Shown here: positions 21,067-30,019 of the stretch, in pieces
Layout: each line of letters begins with the position of its first letter
Numbering within the stretch: position 1 is the stretch's first letter
Assembly (NCBI GenBank): GCA_013426755.1
Contig: AP019861.1
Span: forward strand, 1,632,489 to 1,696,488
Source of the DNA: Spirochaetota bacterium
GTDB lineage: Bacteria; Spirochaetota; UBA12135; COTS27
Length of the DNA: 64,000 nt
Direction: 5' to 3'
The notes under the pieces: model-generated
Seen by the model: only the letters and a program-made list of their open reading frames with translations
What the model was told of the DNA's origin: nothing
Databases searched by the model: none
Position numbers and translations under genes: made by a program

Positions 21067-23637
21067 TCATAAATCTATACAAGTCGTAGGTACAGGATTC
21101 GCATATTGACGATTGGCGCAAGCGACTGTTTTAAGGCGGGGGTACTGGTCACCAGGTGCAAATTGCCAGACAGTATCCAGCCAGCCAGAATAGGACGTGG
21201 ATGTGGCAGATTGGAGCTCCATTGTCGTTTGACCTGTCCCGCCAGCACTAGTCGACTGACCTGTTGTTTCAGTATTCCAGTAAGAAGCTGCATAATTTCC
21301 AGAAATATTAGAGCCAACTAAACCTCCTACATCACTAGTTCCCCGCACACGTCCGATCGCATAGGAATTATTGATTATAGAGTCATTATTGTATCCGACT
21401 AAACCTCCGACACGACTCGTTCCCATCACAGTGCCTATTGCATAGGAATTACTGATCTTAGAATTACTACCATTTAGCCCGACCAAGCCTCCGATATTAA
21501 CACCCGTTCCTGTTCCTGTTACAGAAGCTGTCGCATAGGAACTAGTGATCCTGCCATCGTCATTAGCATTACCGACCAAACCTCCGACACTATCCACGCC
21601 TGAAACTACACCCATCACGTAGGAATTGGTGATCCTGCTACTGTCATCAACCTTACCGACCAAGCCTCCGACATTAGAACGTCCTGTAATATCAACATTG
21701 ACTAGAACACAGTTTGCAATCCTAGCATAACCTTGAATAAAACCAAATAACCCTATATGATCAGTAGTAGACCTATTAATGTAAAGGTTAGCAATCTCGT
21801 TATTCTGACAATCAAATCTGCCGAGTCCCCTATAAGTTCGGGCACCATTACCGATAGGATCAAATCCATTTCCACCGGATGTTTTACTCCAGGGCGCTTC
21901 GGCTATTCCAAGGTCTATCCGCTTAGTCACCTTATAATGACGATTATGATATGTACCTGTATTACGATTGACTAACCCAGCGATAAGATCTAGCTTTCTA
22001 TCGTTATCGATGATATAAGGATCAGCACTCGTTCCTACTCCTGAGAGAGCTGCCGATGTACAAGCTGACGTCATCACGGTCAGTGGCGTAAAGGTCTCAA
22101 TCTCAGTACTGCCCTCACTCAGAATTAGAGAAACATCATTATAAGTGGCAGCCGTATATGAACTAACAGCAGGATCGCTCATCACCGTAAGTGTATAAGC
22201 AGCTGTACTCTTCGTCCCACCCGCAAGAACTTCATATGAAGACAAAAATACAGCACACTCTTTTAGTTCAATCGTAGTTGAACTAGGTGGTATAACACCC
22301 TCTGTTAGTAGCAGTTCTGTCGTAATGTCCCCTTCATTTCCGCCAGGGAACCTCAACTGAATCAAAGCTTCTAAATCTAACTGCACATAGTATGTTACGG
22401 CAGTACTTGGCAAGTCTGCAGACTCTACTGTAAATGTCAAGCCTTCATTAGTTGGCGTCATTGTGTTCATGATGCCCTCAACATTGAAAAGCGAAGCTGG
22501 TAAAATTAACGCATTATCTGATCCTGTTATCGTATTATTACCTCGTGCCGTCACAGTATACTTTGAAGACACCGTAAGTGTCAGCGCTTCAGTAAACATA
22601 ATCGTATCTCTGTTTGTAATGCCACCGATCGTAACGATATTGTTATTATTATCAATCGATGTGATAGTCGCATCATTGTAAGTGGAGTCTCTTCCATCCG
22701 CAAAGTCAATATCTGCTACCATAAGCGGCGGAGGGGAAACTGGCATGTCAAGAAGCAATCGAACCGTATATGTGACAGGTGTTCCACCCTCTGTTACAGG
22801 CGTAAGTGTGAATTGTTGGGCGCTGGTACTATCTAATGTGATTGTCTCCATGCCTACTCCGTCTGGATTTAATTGCGTAGCCGAAACAGTAATACCCGAC
22901 TCAGGAGTAACTGTGTACTGATTCTCTGAATCAGCAATAGTCACCGTCAGAGTCTCCGTCTTTGCCCTATCAGTTAGATTAGTAATACCACTGATAATAA
23001 TAAAATTCGTCTCAATATTTGCTGTATAAGAAAAAGAAGGATACCGTGAAGGTTCTCCTGGGGGAGTGTTTAGCATAACCGTAATGTCTTCTTTCACAAA
23101 CTCAGGCAGAAGTGGTGGTGGCGGAGTGTACTCAGCCAGCCGCACCTCAATGCTATACGTTATAACTTCTCCGCCATCTGCTGGTGTGATGACAAATTTA
23201 GAATTATCACCTTCTAACCTATTCGTTACCGCATTAGTCCCTTCTGGGTTTAATACAACAGCAGAAATTACAATAGACTCCGGTGTAACCGTATAGGCTG
23301 GCGCATCAGTGTCCTTATCAACAATACTTATCGTGAGGGTCTGCTGCCTAGCATCCGCTAGATTAGTAATACCACTAACAACGATCACAACCGCTTCAAT
23401 GGATATTACAGCTGAAGAGTACGGCGAAGTCTCGCCAACCGTTGGCGTAACCGTAATGTCTCCTAATTCAAGCGGAGATGGGACAGGGGGCAACGCACTA
23501 TCATTACTCGCTGCCGACGTAGTACAACTCGTTATGAAAGCTGCAATTGTTATGCATAACAATAAAATTAAAGCAAATTCACTCAGATTGAAATAGTTTT
23601 TACTGGTTTTTAATATTGATTTTTGTAGTATGTTCAT
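21067..23637 (-). CDS. GLUG-repeat lipoprotein, paralog 7 (3 stalk domains)
   Basis: 856 aa; AFITSC lipobox; N-terminal ~525 aa nearly identical to paralog 14. Confidence 0.93.
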   Translation of the reverse strand: MNILQKSILKTSKNYFNLSEFALILLLCITIAAFITSCTTSAASNDSALPPVPSPLELGDITVTPTVGETSPYSSAVISIEAVVIVVSGITNLADARQQTLTISIVDKDTDAPAYTVTPESIVISAVVLNPEGTNAVTNRLEGDNSKFVITPADGGEVITYSIEVRLAEYTPPPPLLPEFVKEDITVMLNTPPGEPSRYPSFSYTANIETNFIIISGITNLTDRAKTETLTVTIADSENQYTVTPESGITVSATQLNPDGVGMETITLDSTSAQQFTLTPVTEGGTPVTYTVRLLLDMPVSPPPLMVADIDFADGRDSTYNDATITSIDNNNNIVTIGGITNRDTIMFTEALTLTVSSKYTVTARGNNTITGSDNALILPASLFNVEGIMNTMTPTNEGLTFTVESADLPSTAVTYYVQLDLEALIQLRFPGGNEGDITTELLLTEGVIPPSSTTIELKECAVFLSSYEVLAGGTKSTAAYTLTVMSDPAVSSYTAATYNDVSLILSEGSTEIETFTPLTVMTSACTSAALSGVGTSADPYIIDNDRKLDLIAGLVNRNTGTYHNRHYKVTKRIDLGIAEAPWSKTSGGNGFDPIGNGARTYRGLGRFDCQNNEIANLYINRSTTDHIGLFGFIQGYARIANCVLVNVDITGRSNVGGLVGKVDDSSRITNSYVMGVVSGVDSVGGLVGNANDDGRITSSYATASVTGTGTGVNIGGLVGLNGSNSKISNSYAIGTVMGTSRVGGLVGYNNDSIINNSYAIGRVRGTSDVGGLVGSNISGNYAASYWNTETTGQSTSAGGTGQTTMELQSATSTSYSGWLDTVWQFAPGDQYPRLKTVACANRQYANPVPTTCIDL

Positions 23638-23720
23638 GATTTCTTCCCGTTACAATGATGTGAAATTGATTCTCAGATGAATACTATTCAAATAATTCAA
23701 TGATCAAACGTCACGTATCT

Positions 23721-23749
23721 AATATAACATAAAACACCAATACTGACAA
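23721..23749 (-). promoter_or_regulatory. sigma70-type promoter for paralog 7
   Basis: TTGTCA-17bp-TATATT, extended -10 TG. Confidence 0.7.
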
Positions 23750-23910
23750 GTAAAATTTTTTAAAATATCTTAAAACCCACTCCTCATCTCAAAAAACCGT
23801 GTAAATATACGCAATCATCGGTAAATGACATTGAACAGCGTTTAAAATATTGCAGCATTGAGTAGGTTAGAATATTCAATGTGCGGCGTGAAATTTTTAC
23901 CGGTAGGCTC

Positions 23911-23938
23911 CCACTTCCCTTAAATTTAAGGGAAGTGG
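23911..23938. repeat. 28-bp perfect palindrome downstream of paralog 8
   Basis: ccacttcccttaaa|tttaagggaagtgg. Confidence 0.9.
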
Positions 23939-24007
23939 AGTGGTGAAATCACTTCTAGGGGGTAAGAATTGGCTTGCCTCCGCAGTGTGATTTTTACTTA
24001 AAAAAAA

Positions 24008-26443
24008 TTATAACCCCGTACAATCGGCCGGTACAGGTGTAACATATTGACGATTGGCGCAGGCGACTGTTTTAAGGCGGGGGTACTGGGTGGTGGGTGC
24101 AAATTGCCAGACAGTATCCAGCCAGCCAGAATAGGACGTGGCAGATTGGAGCTCCATTGTTGTTTGACCTGTCCCGCCAGCACTAGTCGACCTACCTGAT
24201 GTTTCAGTATCCCAGTAAGAAGCTGTAATAGTTCCATTATCATCAATTCCAACTAAGCCTTCTATCGTACTGAGTCCCGAAACACCCCCAATCGCATAGG
24301 AATTATTGATCGTAGACATTCTATTCCTCCCGACTAGGCCTCCGACAAACACCGCCCCATCAACAGTGCCCGTCGCATAAGAATCCGTGATCATAGCATT
24401 ATTGCTATTATGCCCCACTAAGCCGCCTGACCGAGTTTTCCCATCTACAGCAACATTCGCATAGGAGGTACTGATCGTAGAGTTATCAGTATTTTTTCCA
24501 ACTAACCCTCCTGTATCATCGCCTCCATTTACAGAGCCTGTCGCATAAGAATCACTTATCATAGAGTTACTACCATTCCATCCGACTAAGCCACCCGTAT
24601 TACTACCTCCTGTAATATTAACATTGACTAGGGCGCAATTCATAATATTCGCATCTGAAATAGACCCCAACAGTCCTATATCATCTATATTCTCTCTATT
24701 AATATAAAGCCCTGAAATCGTTTTACTATCACAATCCAACGTTCCCGTAAACTTAGCGTCAGCTCTTCCGATCGGAACAAAGCCTTTGCCAACAATCCCC
24801 ATTCCATCAGAATGCTTACTGCCTACTTCACTAAGCGGAAAGCCTGCCCCTATATCGATATTAGCCGTTATTTTATAATATTTATCACCATAACTACCAT
24901 TATCCGTATTGACAAGAAGTGAAGCAAGGTCTAACCTAGCGGGATTGTCTATCTCATAGGCGGTAGCAGCATCAACACCCGTCTGCCCACTAGGAAAACC
25001 TGTGCACGCTGGAAATTCCATCGTAATAGCAAAACTAGTTTCAAGAACCTCACCACTACTATTCTCTAAAGTTAAATTGCGGGTGACCGTGTATTTATTA
25101 TCATTAAGAGCATCGCGATTACGGTCATAATACCTAGGAAAAGGTGTCATATCTGCTACCTTGCCACCACCTGCAATGGTTACCATGGGTTCTGCTAACA
25201 ATTCACAGGCGCCTGTTGTGATCGAGAGCATTGTTTCCGAAGTCACATTCGTCTGGACACCGCCGTTAATATCAGCACTAGTAATGATGAGTGTGTTCAC
25301 CTCCAATCTACTAAAATCAACTACCAACGTGTAAGTTGTAGCCACATTCTCATCATTATTATTGGTAATCTCAAAAGTAGAGGCAGCCATTCCTATTTCA
25401 TCGGTAATCTCACCCATGCCAGACACTAAGTCACTGGCAGGCTCAGTGATAGTTCGCGTGATCGGAGCATTGCCTGGTGTAGTAAAAAACGCAACCACCT
25501 CATCGATCACAAGCGTGTATTTATTCGGTGTTCCTGGTGATTGATCTGCTTTATTAGTTAAGCCTTTGATACGAATAATATTGCCTGCTTCCTCAGTAAT
25601 AGCAAGACCCCTCGTAATATCATTTCCAGCTTCTGTGATCTTAATATGAATTCCAGGCGTAAACCTTGTAAGTGGCGATAACATAACATCTGCGATTGTA
25701 TAGGTGTGTGAATTTCCAGCAGCATTCGCTGTTTCAGTAATCGTAAAGGTATTTGGATCGAGAACGATGACTGCAGCTTCAATTCCATCAGGATTAGCTA
25801 GTTCAATAGTAGCTGGCTCTGCTGTAAAGCCATCAGGCAAAGTGAAGGCAATCCTCCCCCCTGTTTCAGTCGGGCTATTGGCTAGACCTGTAATAGAAAG
25901 TGTCGACTCAGCGATAGAAATCTCACCTCCTTGACCTGCAAAGGTCGCTGAGATGTAACTACTGAGCTGTTCGCTAGCAAACCATTCATTCACAGGAGCA
26001 CCGTCTATTTTAATCGTTACCCCATAAGAAATAACGTCTTCTGCTTCGAAGGTGACGCTCAGGTTAGTTTCTATTTCATGTGGAGAGATCGGCACTGGCG
26101 CAGTCACGATAAAACTCGTTGGCTCTGTGGTGATGCCTTGTGACTGGTCAATATTGATAGTCACCGCAGCAAAATCTCCTGAGGCTTTATTAGTCAAGCC
26201 CGCAACCGTAAGCTTAGGACTGGCAGGATCAGAATTGTCTACTGTTACGACAAGACCCCCAATACTTGGATTGCTCATTTTAATGAGATTGGTTAACAGT
26301 GTCGGATTATCCGGTGGTGTCGTCTCCGCCGACGGAGCACAACTCGTTAGAACAACTAACAAGAAACACCCACACGTTAATATCTTACTCAGATTGATAT
26401 AGCTTTGACTTATTTTTAACATTGATTTCTGTAATGCATTCAT
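24008..26443 (-). CDS. GLUG-repeat lipoprotein, paralog 8 (stalk and linker resemble paralog 3)
   Basis: 811 aa; VVLTSC lipobox; TPFPRYYDR...LTLENSSG...EFPAC and TGVDAATAYEI match paralog 3; C-terminus is right-cluster type. Confidence 0.93.
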   Translation of the reverse strand: MNALQKSMLKISQSYINLSKILTCGCFLLVVLTSCAPSAETTPPDNPTLLTNLIKMSNPSIGGLVVTVDNSDPASPKLTVAGLTNKASGDFAAVTINIDQSQGITTEPTSFIVTAPVPISPHEIETNLSVTFEAEDVISYGVTIKIDGAPVNEWFASEQLSSYISATFAGQGGEISIAESTLSITGLANSPTETGGRIAFTLPDGFTAEPATIELANPDGIEAAVIVLDPNTFTITETANAAGNSHTYTIADVMLSPLTRFTPGIHIKITEAGNDITRGLAITEEAGNIIRIKGLTNKADQSPGTPNKYTLVIDEVVAFFTTPGNAPITRTITEPASDLVSGMGEITDEIGMAASTFEITNNNDENVATTYTLVVDFSRLEVNTLIITSADINGGVQTNVTSETMLSITTGACELLAEPMVTIAGGGKVADMTPFPRYYDRNRDALNDNKYTVTRNLTLENSSGEVLETSFAITMEFPACTGFPSGQTGVDAATAYEIDNPARLDLASLLVNTDNGSYGDKYYKITANIDIGAGFPLSEVGSKHSDGMGIVGKGFVPIGRADAKFTGTLDCDSKTISGLYINRENIDDIGLLGSISDANIMNCALVNVNITGGSNTGGLVGWNGSNSMISDSYATGSVNGGDDTGGLVGKNTDNSTISTSYANVAVDGKTRSGGLVGHNSNNAMITDSYATGTVDGAVFVGGLVGRNRMSTINNSYAIGGVSGLSTIEGLVGIDDNGTITASYWDTETSGRSTSAGGTGQTTMELQSATSYSGWLDTVWQFAPTTQYPRLKTVACANRQYVTPVPADCTGL

Positions 26444-26509
26444 GAGTTTTTTCTTTCTAAAATAGTCTAAAATTGGCTTTTAGATTAATCAGGCAATTCT
26501 CTTACACTT

Positions 26510-26538
26510 AGTATAACATTAAATGCCGCTTCGGACAA
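26510..26538 (-). promoter_or_regulatory. sigma70-type promoter for paralog 8
   Basis: TTGTCC-17bp-TATACT, extended -10 TG. Confidence 0.68.
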
Positions 26539-26567
26539 GTAAAATTTTGTAAATTTTACAGAGAAAA

Positions 26568-26600
26568 ACTCCGTTTCCCTTAAAATAAGGGAAACGGAGT
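26568..26600 (-). terminator. 15-bp-stem hairpin downstream of paralog 9, probable intrinsic terminator
   Basis: actccgtttccctta-aaa-taagggaaacggagt, followed by a T-tract on the minus strand. Confidence 0.65.
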
Positions 26601-26668
26601 GGTGAGAAATCACTTCTAGGGGGTGAGAATTGACTTACCTCCGAAGTGTGATTTTCACTTAAAAAAAA

Positions 26669-29614
26669 TTATAACCCCGTACAATCGGTCGGGACGGGAT
26701 CTGCGTATTGACGGTTTGCACAGACTACACCTTTAAGACGGGGATACTGGTTATTGGGTGTGAATTGCCAGATAGTACCGCTCCAACTAGAGAGGGATGT
26801 AGCACTTTGAAGTTGTGATGTTGTTTGTCCTGTCCCGCCAGCACTGGTAGAGGTTTCAGTTGTAGTGGTATCCCAGTAAGAACGAAAAATATTACCGCCA
26901 GTACCCACCCCGAGCATGCCTCCGACAGAAGAAGTTCCGGTTGGTTTTCCAATCGAATAGGAAGTATGGATGTAACCCGCACTATTACTTCCGACTAGGC
27001 CTCCGACAATAGAATTTCCAGTCACAGTGGCCGTTGCGTAGGAATTAGTAACAGTCGCTGAACTACTAGAATTTATCCCGACCAGGCCTCCGGCACCATT
27101 CCCCGATGCTACGACACTACCCGATGCATAAGAAACTCTGACCACACCTAGACTGTACCCAACTAAACCTCCTACTGCGTCTGATCCATTAACAGTAACT
27201 ACTGCGTAGGAATTATTGATCGCAGTATTATTATTACCAGAAGGGCCATTAACATGCATCCCGACGAGTCCTCCTACATTTACCCCGGAGTTGGCACTTC
27301 CTGCAACAGCAACTCCTGTAACAGAACCTGTGACATAAGAATCATTGATTACCGAATTAGTATTCTCTCCGATAATGCCTCCTACATCAGATCTCCCTGT
27401 AACTTTAGCATCTACTAGGTAGCAGTTTTGAATCGTCGCACTCGAAGCATAGCCGAACAACCCCACATTATCACTAGTTCCTCTATTAATGTAAAGATTA
27501 GCTATCTCATTGTTACTGCAGTCAAATGTGCCTGCAAAACTAGTGCTACTCCCCCTACCGATAGGAGGGAAACCGCCTCCATTAGCTCCACTCTTCGTTT
27601 CACTCCAAGGCGCCTGGGCGATGCCAAGGTTGATGCGCTCAGTCACTCGATAATGGGCGTTAGTATAACCGGTCATACCAGCATTGACTAACGTAGCAAG
27701 TAAGTATAACTTTCTATCGTTATCGATGATGTAAGGACTACCACTCGTTCCTCCCCCTGAGAGCCCTGCCGTAGTACAAGACGAACTAACAGACAGTGGA
27801 AATGTCAGGCTCTCAGCACCTTGCCTTAAAACAAAATCCGTCTGAGAACTCGCTACATATGAATCAACCGTACCCGTAAGCGTATAAGCTGTACTGACCG
27901 CTCCACCGACGAGAACTTCATGCGAAGGTGAACCCGTAACTACCCCACAATTTTTTAAACTCACCATCATACCAGAACTAGACGTGCCTTCTGAGAGCAC
28001 GACTTCGGAAGTAAAGGCCCCTGTACTCCCAGCGAGGAGTTTTAATTGGATCAAATCTCCTAACATTAATCGAACGTAGTATTTCTCAGAAGTACTCACC
28101 GACTGTGCAGCCGTTACCGTAAAACTGAGGTTTTCATCATTCGGTGAGGTTGTTATACTCGCTACGCCCGAAGGATTGACTCTCGCAGAGGGTATGTTTA
28201 GCGCATCACCTGTGCCTGTTATCGAACTGCCTCGAACTGCTATCCTATACGATGGAGAAACCATAAGTATTAGGGCTGCACTAAATCCGTCTTCTTTATT
28301 TTTAATGCCACTGATGGTAATGACATTGCCCATGACTGATGAAACCATTGCAGCGCTGTACGCAGGATCGCGTCTGCTATCGAACGTAATATCTGATGCT
28401 GTAAGCGGTGTAAGTGGTGCTAACGCATCGAGCCGCAACTCAACATTGAACGTCACAGCCATTCCCCCAGCAGCGACAGGTGTAAGAACAAATGCGACAT
28501 TTGGCACTACAGCATTCACTACGCCTGTTCCAACTGGATTTAACACATTGGCAGGAATTGTTATAGATGAAGGCGCAGCCGTGTAATCAGCAGGAGTGTC
28601 TGTATCAGCAATACTTACTGCGAGCGTCTCAGTTCTCACCATATCATCTAGATTAGTAATGCCACTGATAATAATTGTATCGCCTTCAAGGGTTGGTGTA
28701 GCCGCAGCATACGGTGAAGTCGGCCCGCCTGATGGAGTGATCGTGATGTCTGCTACCACAAACGCAGGCAAGGGTGCCGGCGGCGCAATGAACTCAGCTA
28801 AACGAACTTCAATACTGTAAGTAATAGTCTCGCCACCAGCAGCAACAGGTGTCAGTACGAACTGAACACCCTCTAACCTATTCGTTACCGCATTAGTGCC
28901 GTCTGGATTTAATACATCAGCAAGAATCGTAACAGATGAAGGATCAGCCGTATAAGCAGCAGGGTCGTCTCTATCGGCAATACTCATCATTAAAGTTTCA
29001 GACGTAGCAACCGCTAGATTAGTAATGCCACTAACAACGATCACAGAGCCTTCGATGGTTACTGTCGCCGCAGCGTAGGGTGATGTGTCCCCGCTTGATG
29101 GAGTAATCGTGACGTCTTCTACCGCAAACGAAGGCAAGAGTACCGGCGGCGCAACGAACTCAGCCAGACGAACTTCAATACTGTAAGTAATAGCCTCGCT
29201 ACCAGCAGCAACAGGTGTCAGTACAAACTGAACGCCTTCTAACCTATTCGTTACCGCAGCAGTCCCGTCTGGGTTTAACACAGTCCCAGGAATAGTAATA
29301 GACGCAGGCTCAACAGTGTAAGCAGCAGGGTCGTCTCTATCAGCAATACTCATCATCAAAGTTTCAGACGTAGCATCCGCTAGATTAGTAATACCACTAA
29401 CAACGATCACAGCCCCTTCGATGGTTACTGTCGCCGCAGCGTAGGGTGATGTGTCCCCGCCTGATGGAGTAGTCGTAATGTCTCCTAACTCAAGTGGAGA
29501 AGCTACCGGTGGTGGAGTTCCCACATTATCACTAGTGCCCGACTCTACTGTGCAGCTGATAAGAAATATTGTAACAGCACACAAAGTTACCAAAGCAAAT
29601 GGATATGTTCTCAT
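26669..29614 (-). CDS. GLUG-repeat lipoprotein, paralog 9 (4 stalk domains; recent 366-bp domain duplication)
   Basis: 981 aa; IFLISC lipobox; RBS-like AAGGGGGA upstream; duplicated ATVTIEG.VIVVSGITNLA.ATSETLMMSIADRDDPAAYT. Confidence 0.93.
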   Translation of the reverse strand: MRTYPFALVTLCAVTIFLISCTVESGTSDNVGTPPPVASPLELGDITTTPSGGDTSPYAAATVTIEGAVIVVSGITNLADATSETLMMSIADRDDPAAYTVEPASITIPGTVLNPDGTAAVTNRLEGVQFVLTPVAAGSEAITYSIEVRLAEFVAPPVLLPSFAVEDVTITPSSGDTSPYAAATVTIEGSVIVVSGITNLAVATSETLMMSIADRDDPAAYTADPSSVTILADVLNPDGTNAVTNRLEGVQFVLTPVAAGGETITYSIEVRLAEFIAPPAPLPAFVVADITITPSGGPTSPYAAATPTLEGDTIIISGITNLDDMVRTETLAVSIADTDTPADYTAAPSSITIPANVLNPVGTGVVNAVVPNVAFVLTPVAAGGMAVTFNVELRLDALAPLTPLTASDITFDSRRDPAYSAAMVSSVMGNVITISGIKNKEDGFSAALILMVSPSYRIAVRGSSITGTGDALNIPSARVNPSGVASITTSPNDENLSFTVTAAQSVSTSEKYYVRLMLGDLIQLKLLAGSTGAFTSEVVLSEGTSSSGMMVSLKNCGVVTGSPSHEVLVGGAVSTAYTLTGTVDSYVASSQTDFVLRQGAESLTFPLSVSSSCTTAGLSGGGTSGSPYIIDNDRKLYLLATLVNAGMTGYTNAHYRVTERINLGIAQAPWSETKSGANGGGFPPIGRGSSTSFAGTFDCSNNEIANLYINRGTSDNVGLFGYASSATIQNCYLVDAKVTGRSDVGGIIGENTNSVINDSYVTGSVTGVAVAGSANSGVNVGGLVGMHVNGPSGNNNTAINNSYAVVTVNGSDAVGGLVGYSLGVVRVSYASGSVVASGNGAGGLVGINSSSSATVTNSYATATVTGNSIVGGLVGSNSAGYIHTSYSIGKPTGTSSVGGMLGVGTGGNIFRSYWDTTTTETSTSAGGTGQTTSQLQSATSLSSWSGTIWQFTPNNQYPRLKGVVCANRQYADPVPTDCTGL

Positions 29615-29751
29615 AGTGATTCCCCCTTTGAATATGCACGGGGGGATAGCTCCCGTACCCGATCCTCCCTGTTTTTATTACCACTGAGTGTATTACTCAG
29701 ATTGAAATGAATTTGACGCATTTTTAACGTCAATTTAGACAATGATTTCAT
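29611..29751 (-). other. 46-codon upstream ORF or relic leader overlapping the paralog 9 start (ATGA)
   Basis: MKSLSKLTLKMRQIHFNLSNTLSGNKNREDRVRELSPRAYSKGESL*; preceded by AGGAGG; first 18 aa match the paralog 13 N-terminus MKSLPKLTLKMRQIHFNL. Confidence 0.7.
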
Positions 29752-29851
29752 AAATTCATCCTCCTGCGATGATTTAGAATTGATTTTTAGACAATTGTAC
29801 TTTAAATGGTTAAATAATTGTTGTTATGGTTAGCATGTAACTCATGCGATT

Positions 29852-29880
29852 AATATAACATAAAATACCTGTTCTGGCAA
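29852..29880 (-). promoter_or_regulatory. sigma70-type promoter for paralog 9
   Basis: TTGCCA-17bp-TATATT, extended -10 TG. Confidence 0.7.
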
Positions 29881-29913
29881 GTATTTTTTTGCAGAATTGA
29901 TAAAAAAAACTAA

Positions 29914-29936
29914 GTTTCCCTTAAAATAAGAGAAAC
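29914..29936 (-). terminator. Imperfect copy of the conserved hairpin downstream of paralog 10
   Basis: gtttccctta-aaa-taagagaaac, with a T-tract shortly after on the minus strand. Confidence 0.55.
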
Positions 29937-30019
29937 GGAGTGGTGAAAAATTACTTCTAGGGAGTAAGAATTGGCTTCCCCCCCCCAAGTGATTTTTATT
30001 CAGAGAATTTATTCAAAAA

